DNA from: an uncultured bacterium
Lineage (GTDB): Bacteria; Acidobacteriota; Aminicenantia; UBA2199
Direction: 5' to 3'
NCBI GenBank assembly: GCA_965371805.1
Contig: CBDUZW010000005.1
Location: 28,926 to 92,925, forward strand
Length of the DNA stretch: 64,000 nt
The notes under the pieces were generated by a model. The model made no database searches. It was not told where the DNA came from and saw nothing but the letters and a program-made list of their open reading frames with translations. This document shows, in pieces, positions 1 through 9,227 of this stretch. Numbering within the stretch: the stretch's first letter is position 1; every line of letters begins with the position of its first letter. The translations under genes and the position numbers were made by a program.

Positions 1-1800
1 GCACTCCCGGTTTTTCATACCGCTGCTTTCATTAAAAGCAACACAGGTAACTTTGTCTATTCTGCCTGCAGCAAATTCAAATAATTGTTCCTTCTCAATA
101 TAAAAAATACCATTATTACAGCTCATCCAGAGTTTTCCTGCATCTTCAAGAATCGTATAAATGACATTATCATGTAATCCATTTTGAATAGTAATATGAT
201 TGATCCCCTTTGAATCGATCCAATTTAATCCACCTCCAATTGTACCAACCCAGGCAATATTCTGGTCATCAAAATATAGACCTGTTACAATATTACTACT
301 CAAACCGTCATCCATATCCGTAAAGACAAATTCCTTTCCATCAAATTTAGCCAAGCCTCTTCCTTCAATTTGAAACCATATATTCTTTTGATGATCTTCA
401 GCCATCCCGCGAACTGCATTTATAGCTGCACCCCCAGCTGAAACATAATTCTTAAATACACCATTTTCATATCTGCCAATTCCGGATCCTGTGCCAACCC
501 ACATGACACCATCCGATCCCTTAAATAATGAATATATCTGATCACTGGGTAAACTATGTGCAGGAGCAAATTTTTCAATTTTGTCACCTTTAACGATGCA
601 TAAGCCGCTGCCAATTGTTCCAATCCAGATATTACCTTCCGGACCTTCCATAATTGAGCGGACGACATTACCTTTTACAACATCTTTCCCATCTATAGAT
701 ATAAATGTATCACCTTGCTTTTTATAAATCTCACCTTGATTGGATCCAATCCACAAAGTACCCTGACTGTCTTCAAAAACCGTTCGGATAATATCCGATA
801 TTATACCGTCACTCGGGCCATAAACCGATACTTTTCCATCCCTCAGCCGGCTTAATCCTGAACTTGCTTTGCCAATCCAGAGATTTTTTTCTTTATCTTC
901 AAGAATTGCCTGTATAAAGTTTTTTGACATTCCACTCTTTTCTGAAAAACTGCTTATCTCATTATTATAAATCCGGTTTAACCCCCCATTCTGTGTCCCA
1001 ATCCAGAGATTATTTTGTTTATCCTCTGCAATAGTTGTGATATAGTTTCCCGATAATTTATCATTCCCTTCAAATCGAATAAGTTTTCCGGATGTTTTTT
1101 TAAACAATCCTTTATTCACTGTTCCTATCCAGATGTTTTTTACTTGGTCCATATATAGAGTACTAATCTCACTTTTCAAATCATCCTGGAAATTCAGTGA
1201 TATAAATTTTTCATCTACAAGTTTGTAAAGTTCATCCTTCGTGGAAATTAAAAGGTTTTTATCTATATCAAGAATCATTGAAGTAATATAATTGCTTCCA
1301 TCTGTAATAGGAAGTGGGTATTTAATAAAGCTGCCATTTTTATGCTTAACGACCCCATTATCTGTACCTACCCATAAATCACTTTTATCATCAAATCTCA
1401 GACATCGGATTAAATTAGATGTAAGGCCATTCTCAACTGTTAATAAATCAAATTTATTATTATTATACTTCATAAGGCCTTCATATGTACCAATCCACAA
1501 AAGTCCATTCTTACCTTCAATCAAAGAAGTGATCATACTGCTCTTAAATTCTGGAACATTTTTAATATTGAAAGTAGTCATATTGATTCCATCAAACCTA
1601 ACCACTCCTTCCTGAGTTCCCAGCCAGAGATACCCTTGTCTGGTTTGAATAATAGCAGTTACAGAATTCTGAGGGAGCCCATTTTTATTAGTCCAATTAT
1701 CAATCAAATATTTATTAATTCTCTGTTTTGGATCCAGCCCACTTAAGATCATGTTTAATATAAACAATAATACAAGACTAATAATTATATTTTTCTTCAT
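1..1800 (-). CDS. Two-component-regulator-propeller (Reg_prop) periplasmic sensor protein, N-terminal part; the 3' end runs off the window
   Basis: The reverse complement of 1740-1800 reads MKKNIIISLVLLFILNMILS, a signal/TM segment. It is followed by GLPQNSVTAIIQTRQGYLWLGTQEGVVRFDG and repeated ...LWIGT.. GLNR.. Reg_prop repeats, which continue in frame towards position 1. The ORF track missed it because it is truncated at the window edge. Confidence 0.7.
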   Translation of the reverse strand, partial: MKKNIIISLVLLFILNMILSGLDPKQRINKYLIDNWTNKNGLPQNSVTAIIQTRQGYLWLGTQEGVVRFDGINMTTFNIKNVPEFKSSMITSLIEGKNGLLWIGTYEGLMKYNNNKFDLLTVENGLTSNLIRCLRFDDKSDLWVGTDNGVVKHKNGSFIKYPLPITDGSNYITSMILDIDKNLLISTKDELYKLVDEKFISLNFQDDLKSEISTLYMDQVKNIWIGTVNKGLFKKTSGKLIRFEGNDKLSGNYITTIAEDKQNNLWIGTQNGGLNRIYNNEISSFSEKSGMSKNFIQAILEDKEKNLWIGKASSGLSRLRDGKVSVYGPSDGIISDIIRTVFEDSQGTLWIGSNQGEIYKKQGDTFISIDGKDVVKGNVVRSIMEGPEGNIWIGTIGSGLCIVKGDKIEKFAPAHSLPSDQIYSLFKGSDGVMWVGTGSGIGRYENGVFKNYVSAGGAAINAVRGMAEDHQKNIWFQIEGRGLAKFDGKEFVFTDMDDGLSSNIVTGLYFDDQNIAWVGTIGGGLNWIDSKGINHITIQNGLHDNVIYTILEDAGKLWMSCNNGIFYIEKEQLFEFAAGRIDKVTCVAFNESSGMKNREC

Positions 1801-2039
1801 TCCATTCCTTATAAAATTTTTTTTTTCAAATCTAGACAAACTACCTAACATTGTCGGATAAAAATAAATTTTATAGTAATTAATTCTAAAAATCAATAGT
1901 ACTCGACAAAACATACAAGTATAATTATTTCACTTAAACTCTGTTTATAATTTTTGTTAATATTATTAAAACATCAGGACACACATATATATTCAGATCT
2001 ATGGATGAAGCAATAAGCTGGATAGGAGAATGGACAGTC

Positions 2040-4778
2040 TTATTCTAAATCTTTGAACATTTTAATTAAGGCCATTCTATTATCTATATTCAGTTTTTTA
2101 TATATTTTTGAGTTACTATTCCTTATGGTTCCAGAAGATATAAATAATATATCCTCAATCTCTTTATTCGTTTTTCCTTTTAGAATTAAAAACAAGATTT
2201 CCTCTTCTGTTTTAGTTAAATTATTTTTAGAACATATATTTTTAACCCTTTCCTCGAAGCGAATCTTTAATCTGATTTTTTTTATTCTGCTGCGATATAA
2301 AAAAAACATTAATATCAACACCATCGTAAGTACTAATGCTTTAAACCAGACAGTTTCCCAAAATGGAGGAAGTATTATAATCTTAACACTTGTCCCCTCT
2401 TCATTCCAATATCCGTCATCATTTGAACCTTTTACTCTAAAAGTATATTCTCCATGGGATAAATTAGTATAAGTAGCTCTTCGATTTTTATAATCAGTTT
2501 CTATCCAGTTACTATCTAATCCTTCAAGTTTATATTTATACATATTTTTCTCTGGCTGCCGGTAATTTAATGCAGAAAATTCGAAGGTAAAAATATAATC
2601 AGTATACTCCAGAGTAATCTCTTTTGTAAAATTTATATGCTGCTTCAGTTGAAATTGTTTAGAATCAACTACTTTTTTAGCAACGTTGACAGATTTATTG
2701 AACAGTAAAAAATCAGTAATTAAAACCGGTGGAATAAATTTATTATCTACAACTTTTTCCGGATCAAAAACAGTAAAACCTTCTTCCCCTCCAAAATACA
2801 GTCTGCCCAAAGAATCTTTGAATTTTGCACCATCATTAAATGCATTGCCCTGTAGCCCATCCTGTTTATCATAATTGATAAATATGCCTGTTTTCGGATT
2901 AAACTTATTGATCCCATAATTTGTACTTACCCATAGATATCCTTCATTATCTTCCAGTACAGCATGTATAATTTCATTGAGCAAGCCATTTTTTCGTCCA
3001 TAATATTTGAATGTTTTTTTTTCTCGATCAAATTTATTTAATCCGGTATCTGTTCCAATCCATAAATTTTTTCCCCTATCTTCAAAAAGATCGAAAATAT
3101 GATTGCTACTAAGACTCTGAGGATCATTAATTTGATGTTGGAAAGTGGTGAATGTTTCTGTTTTTTTATTATATTTATTAAGTCCGCCACCGACTGTTCC
3201 TATCCAGATTATACCATTAGAATCTTCAAGAACTGACCAGACATAAGGGCCACTGAGACTTTTTGGATTATCCGGGTCAAAATTATAAGAGGTGTATAGA
3301 TCCTTTTTTTGATCAAATTTATAAAGACCATCACCATCAGTTGCAATCCATAGAGTCCTTTTTGTGTCTTCAAAAACTTGAGTAATCCCCCTTGCAGGAA
3401 AATTATCATGATATTGAATTTTATTAAAAATTTCTTTCTTATTATCAAATTTATAAAGACCATTAAAAGCGCCTACCCACAGATCTCCTTTTATATCTCC
3501 ACTAATACTATAAACATAATTATTGTTTATGTTTTTATTATTATTCGGCTGAAATTGATATAGCTTAAATTTCTCTAAATTTAAATCAGTTTTATTAAGA
3601 CCATTAGATGTTCCTATCCATACATTTCCATTTATACCTTTATAAAAAGAACTAACTGATTTACCACTAAGGCTATTGGCACTATCTGCTTTTTGATTAT
3701 ACTTCGAAAAAAGCATTTTTTTTTTATCAAGTATATTTAGTCCTCCACCATATGTTCCAATCCATAAGATTCCTTCTGCATCTTCAAAAATTGAAGCAAT
3801 GGAATTATTACTTAGACTATCAAGGTTGGCAGTTTGGTGTTGATATTTTGTAAATATTCCCGTTTTTCTATCAAATCTATTAAGGCCGCCACCATATGTT
3901 CCGATCCATAAAATGCCCTCTCTATCTTTAAAGACGGATAATACAAAGTTGTTGCTGATGCTTCTGAAATTTTTAGGGTTCGCTTTATAATTGACAAATG
4001 TGCCAGTAGATGTGTTTAACTTACTGAGCCCACCCCCCTTAGTACCAATCCACAAGATACCTTTCGCATCCTCAAAAATAGATAATACAGGATAATACTC
4101 ATTAATCTTATGTTTATAGTGAGTGAATGTCTCTTTATTTTTATCAAATCTATTGAGACCGCCTCGAGTACCAATCCATATATATTCCCTGCCTTCAAAA
4201 ATATCTCCAATTTCGTCATTATTGAGACTATTAGGATTATCAGCACTATGTTTATAATGTATGAACTTTTCCTTTTTTGTATCAAATTTATTAAGACCGC
4301 CGCTAAATGTTCCAATCCATAATATACCGTCTTTATCTACAAGAATTGAGCTGATAAAATTATTACTGAGACTGTTAGGATTATTCTTTTGGTGCCGATA
4401 ACTTAAAAAAGTTTCACTTTTTTTGTCAAATCTATTAAGTCCGCCACCATCTGTTCCAATCCATAGGATACCGTCTTCATCTTCACAGAGGGCAGTAATG
4501 TAGTTTTTTGTTAGACTAGTATTATCATCAGAGTTATGACGATAGATGGTAAACTTATACCCATCATATTTATTTAATCCATCCATTGTTCCAAACCACA
4601 TAAAACCCTGTTTATCCTGAATGATACAGTTAATGTCTACCTGTGATAGACCATGCTCGATTGAAATCCTTTTGAAATAGTTAGTATCTTTTTTTGCGAG
4701 AGAAAAAACATTTATAAAAATAAATATATAAATTATAAAAAATATTTTACTCTGCCTGTTTCCTGCTATATTTATCAT
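2040..4778 (-). CDS. Transmembrane one-component regulator: Reg_prop repeats + Y_Y_Y domain + TM + C-terminal LuxR/GerE-type HTH
   Basis: 912-aa ORF with about 14 repeats of the motif (D)G.LWIGT..GGLN.FD. It has a Y_Y_Y-like segment (LEYTDYIFTFEFSALNYRQPEKNMYKYKLEGLD...GEYTFRVKG), a TM (ALVLTMVLILMFFLY) and a C-terminus TEEEILFLILKGKTNKEIEDILFISSGTIRNSNSKIYKKL (LuxR HTH). There is no kinase domain. Confidence 0.75.
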   Translation of the reverse strand: MINIAGNRQSKIFFIIYIFIFINVFSLAKKDTNYFKRISIEHGLSQVDINCIIQDKQGFMWFGTMDGLNKYDGYKFTIYRHNSDDNTSLTKNYITALCEDEDGILWIGTDGGGLNRFDKKSETFLSYRHQKNNPNSLSNNFISSILVDKDGILWIGTFSGGLNKFDTKKEKFIHYKHSADNPNSLNNDEIGDIFEGREYIWIGTRGGLNRFDKNKETFTHYKHKINEYYPVLSIFEDAKGILWIGTKGGGLSKLNTSTGTFVNYKANPKNFRSISNNFVLSVFKDREGILWIGTYGGGLNRFDRKTGIFTKYQHQTANLDSLSNNSIASIFEDAEGILWIGTYGGGLNILDKKKMLFSKYNQKADSANSLSGKSVSSFYKGINGNVWIGTSNGLNKTDLNLEKFKLYQFQPNNNKNINNNYVYSISGDIKGDLWVGAFNGLYKFDNKKEIFNKIQYHDNFPARGITQVFEDTKRTLWIATDGDGLYKFDQKKDLYTSYNFDPDNPKSLSGPYVWSVLEDSNGIIWIGTVGGGLNKYNKKTETFTTFQHQINDPQSLSSNHIFDLFEDRGKNLWIGTDTGLNKFDREKKTFKYYGRKNGLLNEIIHAVLEDNEGYLWVSTNYGINKFNPKTGIFINYDKQDGLQGNAFNDGAKFKDSLGRLYFGGEEGFTVFDPEKVVDNKFIPPVLITDFLLFNKSVNVAKKVVDSKQFQLKQHINFTKEITLEYTDYIFTFEFSALNYRQPEKNMYKYKLEGLDSNWIETDYKNRRATYTNLSHGEYTFRVKGSNDDGYWNEEGTSVKIIILPPFWETVWFKALVLTMVLILMFFLYRSRIKKIRLKIRFEERVKNICSKNNLTKTEEEILFLILKGKTNKEIEDILFISSGTIRNSNSKIYKKLNIDNRMALIKMFKDLE

Positions 4779-4871
4779 ACTAAAAAGTTTCCCTTTTTAA
4801 GTTTAATCTATTTTTACGGAAATTACATCCGTTTTGTTTAAAATAAAAAGAAATTTTATCTAAAATAATTA

Positions 4872-5909
4872 TTATTGTATTTTTTCCCGATGAAGTTCGT
4901 ATTCTTCATTTTCCAGGTTTTCCTTGAGATAATAAAAAAAACCTTCATTAAATTTGAACAGTTTTGGCTCAACTCCATTTAAATGTGAGATCATTTCTCC
5001 TTCCCAGGTTTTTGGGAGAAGAACATTTTTAAGTAAATCTCCTTTTTTATTAAAGATCATATATTGTATTTTTTTGTCTTTCTCTTTAAAAGTCTTAATT
5101 ACTAGATTTTCTCCATTATCAAGAATATCCTGTATCTCAGGAAATATTTTAGAATATTTGAAACTGATACGGCTTTTTAATTGTTCAAATCCAAATTGCT
5201 TTACCAGGGGATCATTTTTATATCTATTTAATGCATAATTTTTATTTTCAGTGCTTACCTTTAGTTTTTGAGATTTATTTTTAATCTCTTTTACCAGATC
5301 TCCTCTTTTATTATAGACTTCAATTAAAAAACCTTTATAACTCTTTTCAACATAAACTTCTTCTCCAATTATAGTAAAATGAAGAGAGTCCGGGATCAAT
5401 TCTACTGAATCCAATTGAATATTAGATCTTTGTCTGGCAATTTCCTTGATCTTCTGCATCTTTCCATCATATAGGCTCAACGTTATATATTCTGTCTTTT
5501 TATCCAGACGGTCAATTCCCTTAACTATAAAATTGTCTGCAATTGGTTTAACCTGCAGAGCTAAGAATCTTCCCTTTTTTCTCTCTCTTAGAAACTTCCC
5601 TTCTTGAGAATAGAATATCACCTTATCAAGACTGTCTATTGCTATATTTCCTTTATGCAGGGTAAGCGTATTTGTCAGGAAGGGGCTTGTCTTGATCTCA
5701 CCCGGCCCTTCTCCTTTTCGTGCAAATTTAAATTTGAACTTACCGGATTTTATATCAAAAACTTTGACAGAAGCTCCATCCATAATAAAACCTTTATCAT
5801 TATAAAGAAGAATATCAGTTGGTTTTTCTAATTCTGGTAGATTAGCAACTTTCTCTGCGTTTAAAATAAATCCCATAAAAAGCAAAAAGAATATTAACGA
5901 TTTTTTCAT
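4872..5909 (-). CDS. Secreted/lipoprotein-like beta-propeller-type protein of unknown function (KGEGPGE motif family)
   Basis: 345 aa. N-terminal signal peptide MKKSLIFFLLFMGFILNA. Motif ARKGEGPGEI. Distant paralog of 44712..45719, sharing the signal peptide, the KKGEGP(K/G)E motif and the C-terminal EE(Y/W)ELH. Confidence 0.45.
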   Translation of the reverse strand: MKKSLIFFLLFMGFILNAEKVANLPELEKPTDILLYNDKGFIMDGASVKVFDIKSGKFKFKFARKGEGPGEIKTSPFLTNTLTLHKGNIAIDSLDKVIFYSQEGKFLRERKKGRFLALQVKPIADNFIVKGIDRLDKKTEYITLSLYDGKMQKIKEIARQRSNIQLDSVELIPDSLHFTIIGEEVYVEKSYKGFLIEVYNKRGDLVKEIKNKSQKLKVSTENKNYALNRYKNDPLVKQFGFEQLKSRISFKYSKIFPEIQDILDNGENLVIKTFKEKDKKIQYMIFNKKGDLLKNVLLPKTWEGEMISHLNGVEPKLFKFNEGFFYYLKENLENEEYELHREKIQ

Positions 5910-6033
5910 AATAATTACTCCATTTTATCTAATATTTTAAATATCAAATAAGCCTAAAAAACATTAGATGCAATAATGCCAATAAAAGTTTCGCTTACTT
6001 TAACAAAAAAAAATAACAGAGAATAATTTTGCT

Positions 6034-7413
6034 TTAAATATTATCTAAAGCATTAGAAAGATCTTTAATTATATCATCCGGGTCTTCAATTCCAACAGAG
6101 ATTCTACAGGTTGCTGCTTTAATACTTGCCAGAGCCCGTCCCTCTTCTCCCTGCTGCTGGTGAGTTGAGATTGCATTCAATGTTGCAACAGTTTTTACTC
6201 TACCAAGGTCTGTTGCTCTCCAGATCATTTTAAGGTTATCATAAAAAATACGTGAATTTTTTGAACCATCCGGTGTGTCCTCTTTTATCTCAATAACCAT
6301 CATATATCCGTACATATTTTCATCGGTATCAGCCAATTTCATATATTTTTTTGCAATATCATGTGCTGCATAAGTTTCTAATCCTGGATAATGAACCACA
6401 TCGACTTTAGGATGATTCTGGAGGAATTTTGCAACTTTAAGAGCAGTTTTACTCATTTGGTCAACCCTCATCCTCAATGATCTTAAATCATTTAATGTTA
6501 AAAATGCTGACATTGGACTTATTGCCGGTCCGTTATCTCTGAATGGCCATAACTTTGCCCAGAATGCAAAATTCGCCTTCATTTCCTCTGAACCTATTTT
6601 ACTGACTATATTATTTCTTGAAGTTAATAATCCTATTATAGAGGTACCACTTGCTCCAATAACCTTTGATGCAGACTGTATAACAATATCGGCTCCATGA
6701 ACAATTGGTCTTGTTAAAGCGGGAGATGCACATGTTGCATCAACAATAAGAGGACAATCAAAACTATGTGCAATTTTAGCAACATCTTCGATATCGAAGA
6801 TAGCTACTGCCGGGTTTGAAGGAAACTCCCCATAAACATATCGAGTTTCTTTATCAACTAAGGATTTCCACTCATTAATATCTGTTGAATCTTTTACCCA
6901 TCTAACTTCAATTCCATTTTCTACAAATCGCCTTACCCAGAATTGCTGAAATGTCCCGCCATATACCTTTGCTGACGCAACAATATTTGGTTTTTTATAA
7001 TTATCATCCTTAACTAAAAATGGATCTGTCGCAGTTCTAATGGCTGCCATTCCACTGGCGGTTGCACAGCAACTGGCTAAAATGTCTGAACCATAGGTTT
7101 CAAGCAAGGCAGTAGTTTCTTCAAGGTAAAGAGATGTGGGATTTGCAATTCTTGAATAACACCAGGTCGGCATTTCATAGGCAAGAGCTGCTTCCATATG
7201 ATTGCTGTCTACATATGCTTCCGCAGGACTAAGGTAAACAGGTTCCATTATTGATCCGTAATTATGATTCATTGCCTCTTCAAAATCATAAACACCATGT
7301 GTTGCAATAGTATCAAATTTCCAGCTTTTGGCCTTCTCTATCCGTTTGCTTCTATCAGCCATCATCTCCTTTCCTTTTTCTACCCATTCTTCTTTAGTTA
7401 ATTTTTTATTCAT
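6034..7413 (-). CDS. PLP-dependent Cys/Met-metabolism family enzyme (O-acetylhomoserine sulfhydrylase / methionine gamma-lyase-like)
   Basis: 459 aa. N-terminal YSRIANPT...LEETTALLE. PLP-lysine context IVIQSASKVIGASGTSIIG. C-terminal HYPGLETYAAHDIAKKYM, matching the family signature V.YPGL.SHP.H.LA..QM. Confidence 0.6.
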   Translation of the reverse strand: MNKKLTKEEWVEKGKEMMADRSKRIEKAKSWKFDTIATHGVYDFEEAMNHNYGSIMEPVYLSPAEAYVDSNHMEAALAYEMPTWCYSRIANPTSLYLEETTALLETYGSDILASCCATASGMAAIRTATDPFLVKDDNYKKPNIVASAKVYGGTFQQFWVRRFVENGIEVRWVKDSTDINEWKSLVDKETRYVYGEFPSNPAVAIFDIEDVAKIAHSFDCPLIVDATCASPALTRPIVHGADIVIQSASKVIGASGTSIIGLLTSRNNIVSKIGSEEMKANFAFWAKLWPFRDNGPAISPMSAFLTLNDLRSLRMRVDQMSKTALKVAKFLQNHPKVDVVHYPGLETYAAHDIAKKYMKLADTDENMYGYMMVIEIKEDTPDGSKNSRIFYDNLKMIWRATDLGRVKTVATLNAISTHQQQGEEGRALASIKAATCRISVGIEDPDDIIKDLSNALDNI

Positions 7414-7521
7414 TTATCTCTCCATATTGATTTTTTAAGTTAAATATTAAACAAATGTTGAATATTTGTCAAGAAAATCCCCTCAATACTATAACATTTC
7501 TTCAGCTCATATTCCTACCAA

Positions 7522-8322
7522 TTATTTTTTATCCCAGACTCCGGACCTTAATCCCTCCAGATCAAGAGTTATAAACTTCATTCCCTCTTTTTTACATAAG
7601 TTTAACAGCCGGGATTTAATTTTAAGAATTTTATTAATATTGCCATCTCCAGTCTCAATTCTAATTCCCTCATCTATATATCTGACTCTTACAGGATAGA
7701 CCTCATTATCAACTAGAAAGCCCTCAATTCTGTCAAATTTTCTTATTTGTTTCTCTGAAAGATTTAAATTATAAGGAAATCTTGTTGCAAGGCAAGTTGA
7801 CGATGTAAGGTAATATTCCTCAATGTCCTCTTTTTTTAATAGATTAACTATCTCAGATGAAGTAATTTTTGCATCACTTAATGGTGATATTATTTTTAAT
7901 TCTTCGAGGGCTAAAAGTCCTGGTCTGAACTCATCCAGATCTGAAAAGGTTGTACCATCAAGAACTGCTCCGACTCCCATACTTCTTGCCTTTTCAATAA
8001 TATTATTGAAAATAAAAGATTTGCATAAATAACATCTATTCTCTGGATTTTTGCTGATTTCTTGATTATCCAGAACTTTTAATTCAATTATAATAATATC
8101 CAAATTATATTTTTTTTCAAAATACCCAACTCTTTTTTTATCATTTTCAGCAATAAAATCAGAATTTATAAAAATAATTTTTACATTTTCTTTGCCCAAT
8201 ACTTCTATAGCTGTTTTCATCATAAAGAAGGAATCTTTACCACCTGAAAAAGCGACTACAACTTCGCCAAGGTCTTTTAATATCTTACTCACATCATTGA
8301 TCTTTTTTTTTATATCAGTCAT
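7522..8322 (-). CDS. PP-loop ATP pyrophosphatase of the LarE / TIGR00268 family
   Basis: 266 aa. PP-loop VVAFSGGKDS. RPGL motif. Conserved Cys in STCLATRFPYN. VRVRYIDEGIRIE...TLDLEGLRSG matches the LarE C-terminal half. Confidence 0.65.
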   Translation of the reverse strand: MTDIKKKINDVSKILKDLGEVVVAFSGGKDSFFMMKTAIEVLGKENVKIIFINSDFIAENDKKRVGYFEKKYNLDIIIIELKVLDNQEISKNPENRCYLCKSFIFNNIIEKARSMGVGAVLDGTTFSDLDEFRPGLLALEELKIISPLSDAKITSSEIVNLLKKEDIEEYYLTSSTCLATRFPYNLNLSEKQIRKFDRIEGFLVDNEVYPVRVRYIDEGIRIETGDGNINKILKIKSRLLNLCKKEGMKFITLDLEGLRSGVWDKK

Positions 8323-8396
8323 AATTTATCTCCAAAAATGATTTTAACCTGATATTAAGGATTTTTGCAAATAAATATAACTTCCTGAATTTTTCA

Positions 8397-8565
8397 CCAA
8401 AACCTACTGCAATGCCCGATATGCCCATTCTAACTGTGTAAATTTCAATCGTCTTCATTTCAAAATAGTGAAACTATTCTTCATTCAACTCAATCATTTT
8501 ACTTGTTATAAAGGACATCTCGAGCATTTCGCTACAATTTTGATGAAAACTTCAGAAACGTAGGT
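8397..8565. repeat. Copy A of a ~165-bp diverged direct repeat (copy B at 59694..59860)
   Basis: aaacctactgcaatgcccgatatgcccattctaactgtgtaaatttcaatcgtcttcatttcaaaatagtgaaactatt... aligns with 59694-59860 at roughly 84% identity, about 24 mismatches over about 150 nt, in the same orientation. It sits in the divergent intergenic region upstream of the LarE-like gene. Confidence 0.8.
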
Positions 8566-8602
8566 TTAATAATAACAGTAATTAGTGTATAATTATTCTG
8601 AT

Positions 8603-9106
8603 ATGGAAATAATACCGGATAGAGCTGAATTTAAAAGAGCGGAAGTTGAGAAAATCACAAGTTTATCTGGAAATGTTTTGGATTATTGGGAAGGAGAATT
8701 TTCTGCTTTTTTTCCCAAAAACAAAAATGGAGCAAAGACCTATTTATATAAAGATGTACTAATAATATTACAAATCAAACAATACCTTACAGTTGAAAGA
8801 TTAAATAAAGCTGAAATTAAAGAAAAACTAAAAGAAAATATTGAAATCACAAATAAATTGATTGAGAAAGATACTGAAAAAAATAATTCTTTTAAAAAAA
8901 AACCCCCTGAAGAAATCAAGCAAAAAACAATACATCCAATTGAATCCACTCCAAATATCAAAAATATTAAGCAAAGAAACCCTATACAAGAGCCAAAAGA
9001 GGAAAAGAAAAAACAAAAAAATAATAAAAACCAGCTTAGTATCATCAAACAGGACTTACACAAAATATTGACAATTCTTAAAAATAGTGATAGAAAAGGT
9101 AATTGA
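8603..9106 (+). CDS. MerR-superfamily HTH protein with K/E-rich low-complexity C-terminus
   Basis: The ORF track gives 8585..9106 with a GTG start; the first ATG is at 8603. [16 protein letters not shown] ... [30 protein letters not shown] fits the MerR HTH plus dimerization-helix pattern. Weak assignment. Confidence 0.4.
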   Translation: MEIIPDRAEFKRAEVEKITSLSGNVLDYWEGEFSAFFPKNKNGAKTYLYKDVLIILQIKQYLTVERLNKAEIKEKLKENIEITNKLIEKDTEKNNSFKKKPPEEIKQKTIHPIESTPNIKNIKQRNPIQEPKEEKKKQKNNKNQLSIIKQDLHKILTILKNSDRKGN

Positions 9107-9107
9107 T

Positions 9108-9184
9108 CGGGGCGTAGCGCAGTCTGGTAGCGCACACGCTTGGGGTGTGTGAGGTCGGTGGTTCGAATCCACTCGTCCCGACCA
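9108..9184 (+). tRNA. tRNA-Pro: tRNA-Pro (anticodon GGG in the best fold; UGG in an alternative register)
   Basis: CGGGGCGTAGCGCAGTCTGGTAGCGCACACGCTTGGGGTGTGTGAGGTCGGTGGTTCGAATCCACTCGTCCCGACCA. 7-bp acceptor stem, U8, D-arm GCGC/GCGC with GG in the loop, anticodon stem CACGC/GTGTG with loop TTGGGGT, T-arm GGTGG-TTCGAAT-CCACT, discriminator A, encoded CCA. Confidence 0.85.
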
Positions 9185-9227
9185 TTAATTTTATTCATTC
9201 AAATTTAGGATCAAATAATGAGGAATA

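Noticed and set aside
2053-4322. Several 60-140-aa ORFs (2053..2472, 2686..2874, 3209..3463, 3378..3563, 3812..3997, 4016..4315, 4110..4322) in the track.
   Set aside because: All are nested within, or antisense to, the 912-aa Reg_prop/LuxR gene. Their low-complexity I/L/K-rich translations are typical of AT-rich out-of-frame reading.
8399-8465. Small ORFs inside the 165-bp repeat: minus-strand MKTIEIYTVRMGISGIAVGF... and a plus-strand 53-codon frame.
   Set aside because: Between the two copies, 7 of 9 nucleotide differences in the minus-strand sORF are non-synonymous, and copy B terminates early. The plus-strand frame has no start codon. The conservation pattern fits nucleotide-level rather than protein-level selection.
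8862-9071. K-rich repetitive stretches (here and in 24400-24480, 46440-46560, 47500-47540) as possible tandem repeats or CRISPR-like arrays.
   Set aside because: They are in-frame lysine/glutamate low-complexity coding segments (AAA/GAA codon runs) in an AT-rich genome. There is no spacer/repeat periodicity.
8740-9198. 152-aa minus-strand ORF in the six-frame track.
   Set aside because: It is antisense to the tRNA-Pro gene and the low-complexity K-rich tail of the MerR-like gene. Its translation (…[25 protein letters not shown]…) is the typical artefact of reading a tRNA backwards.
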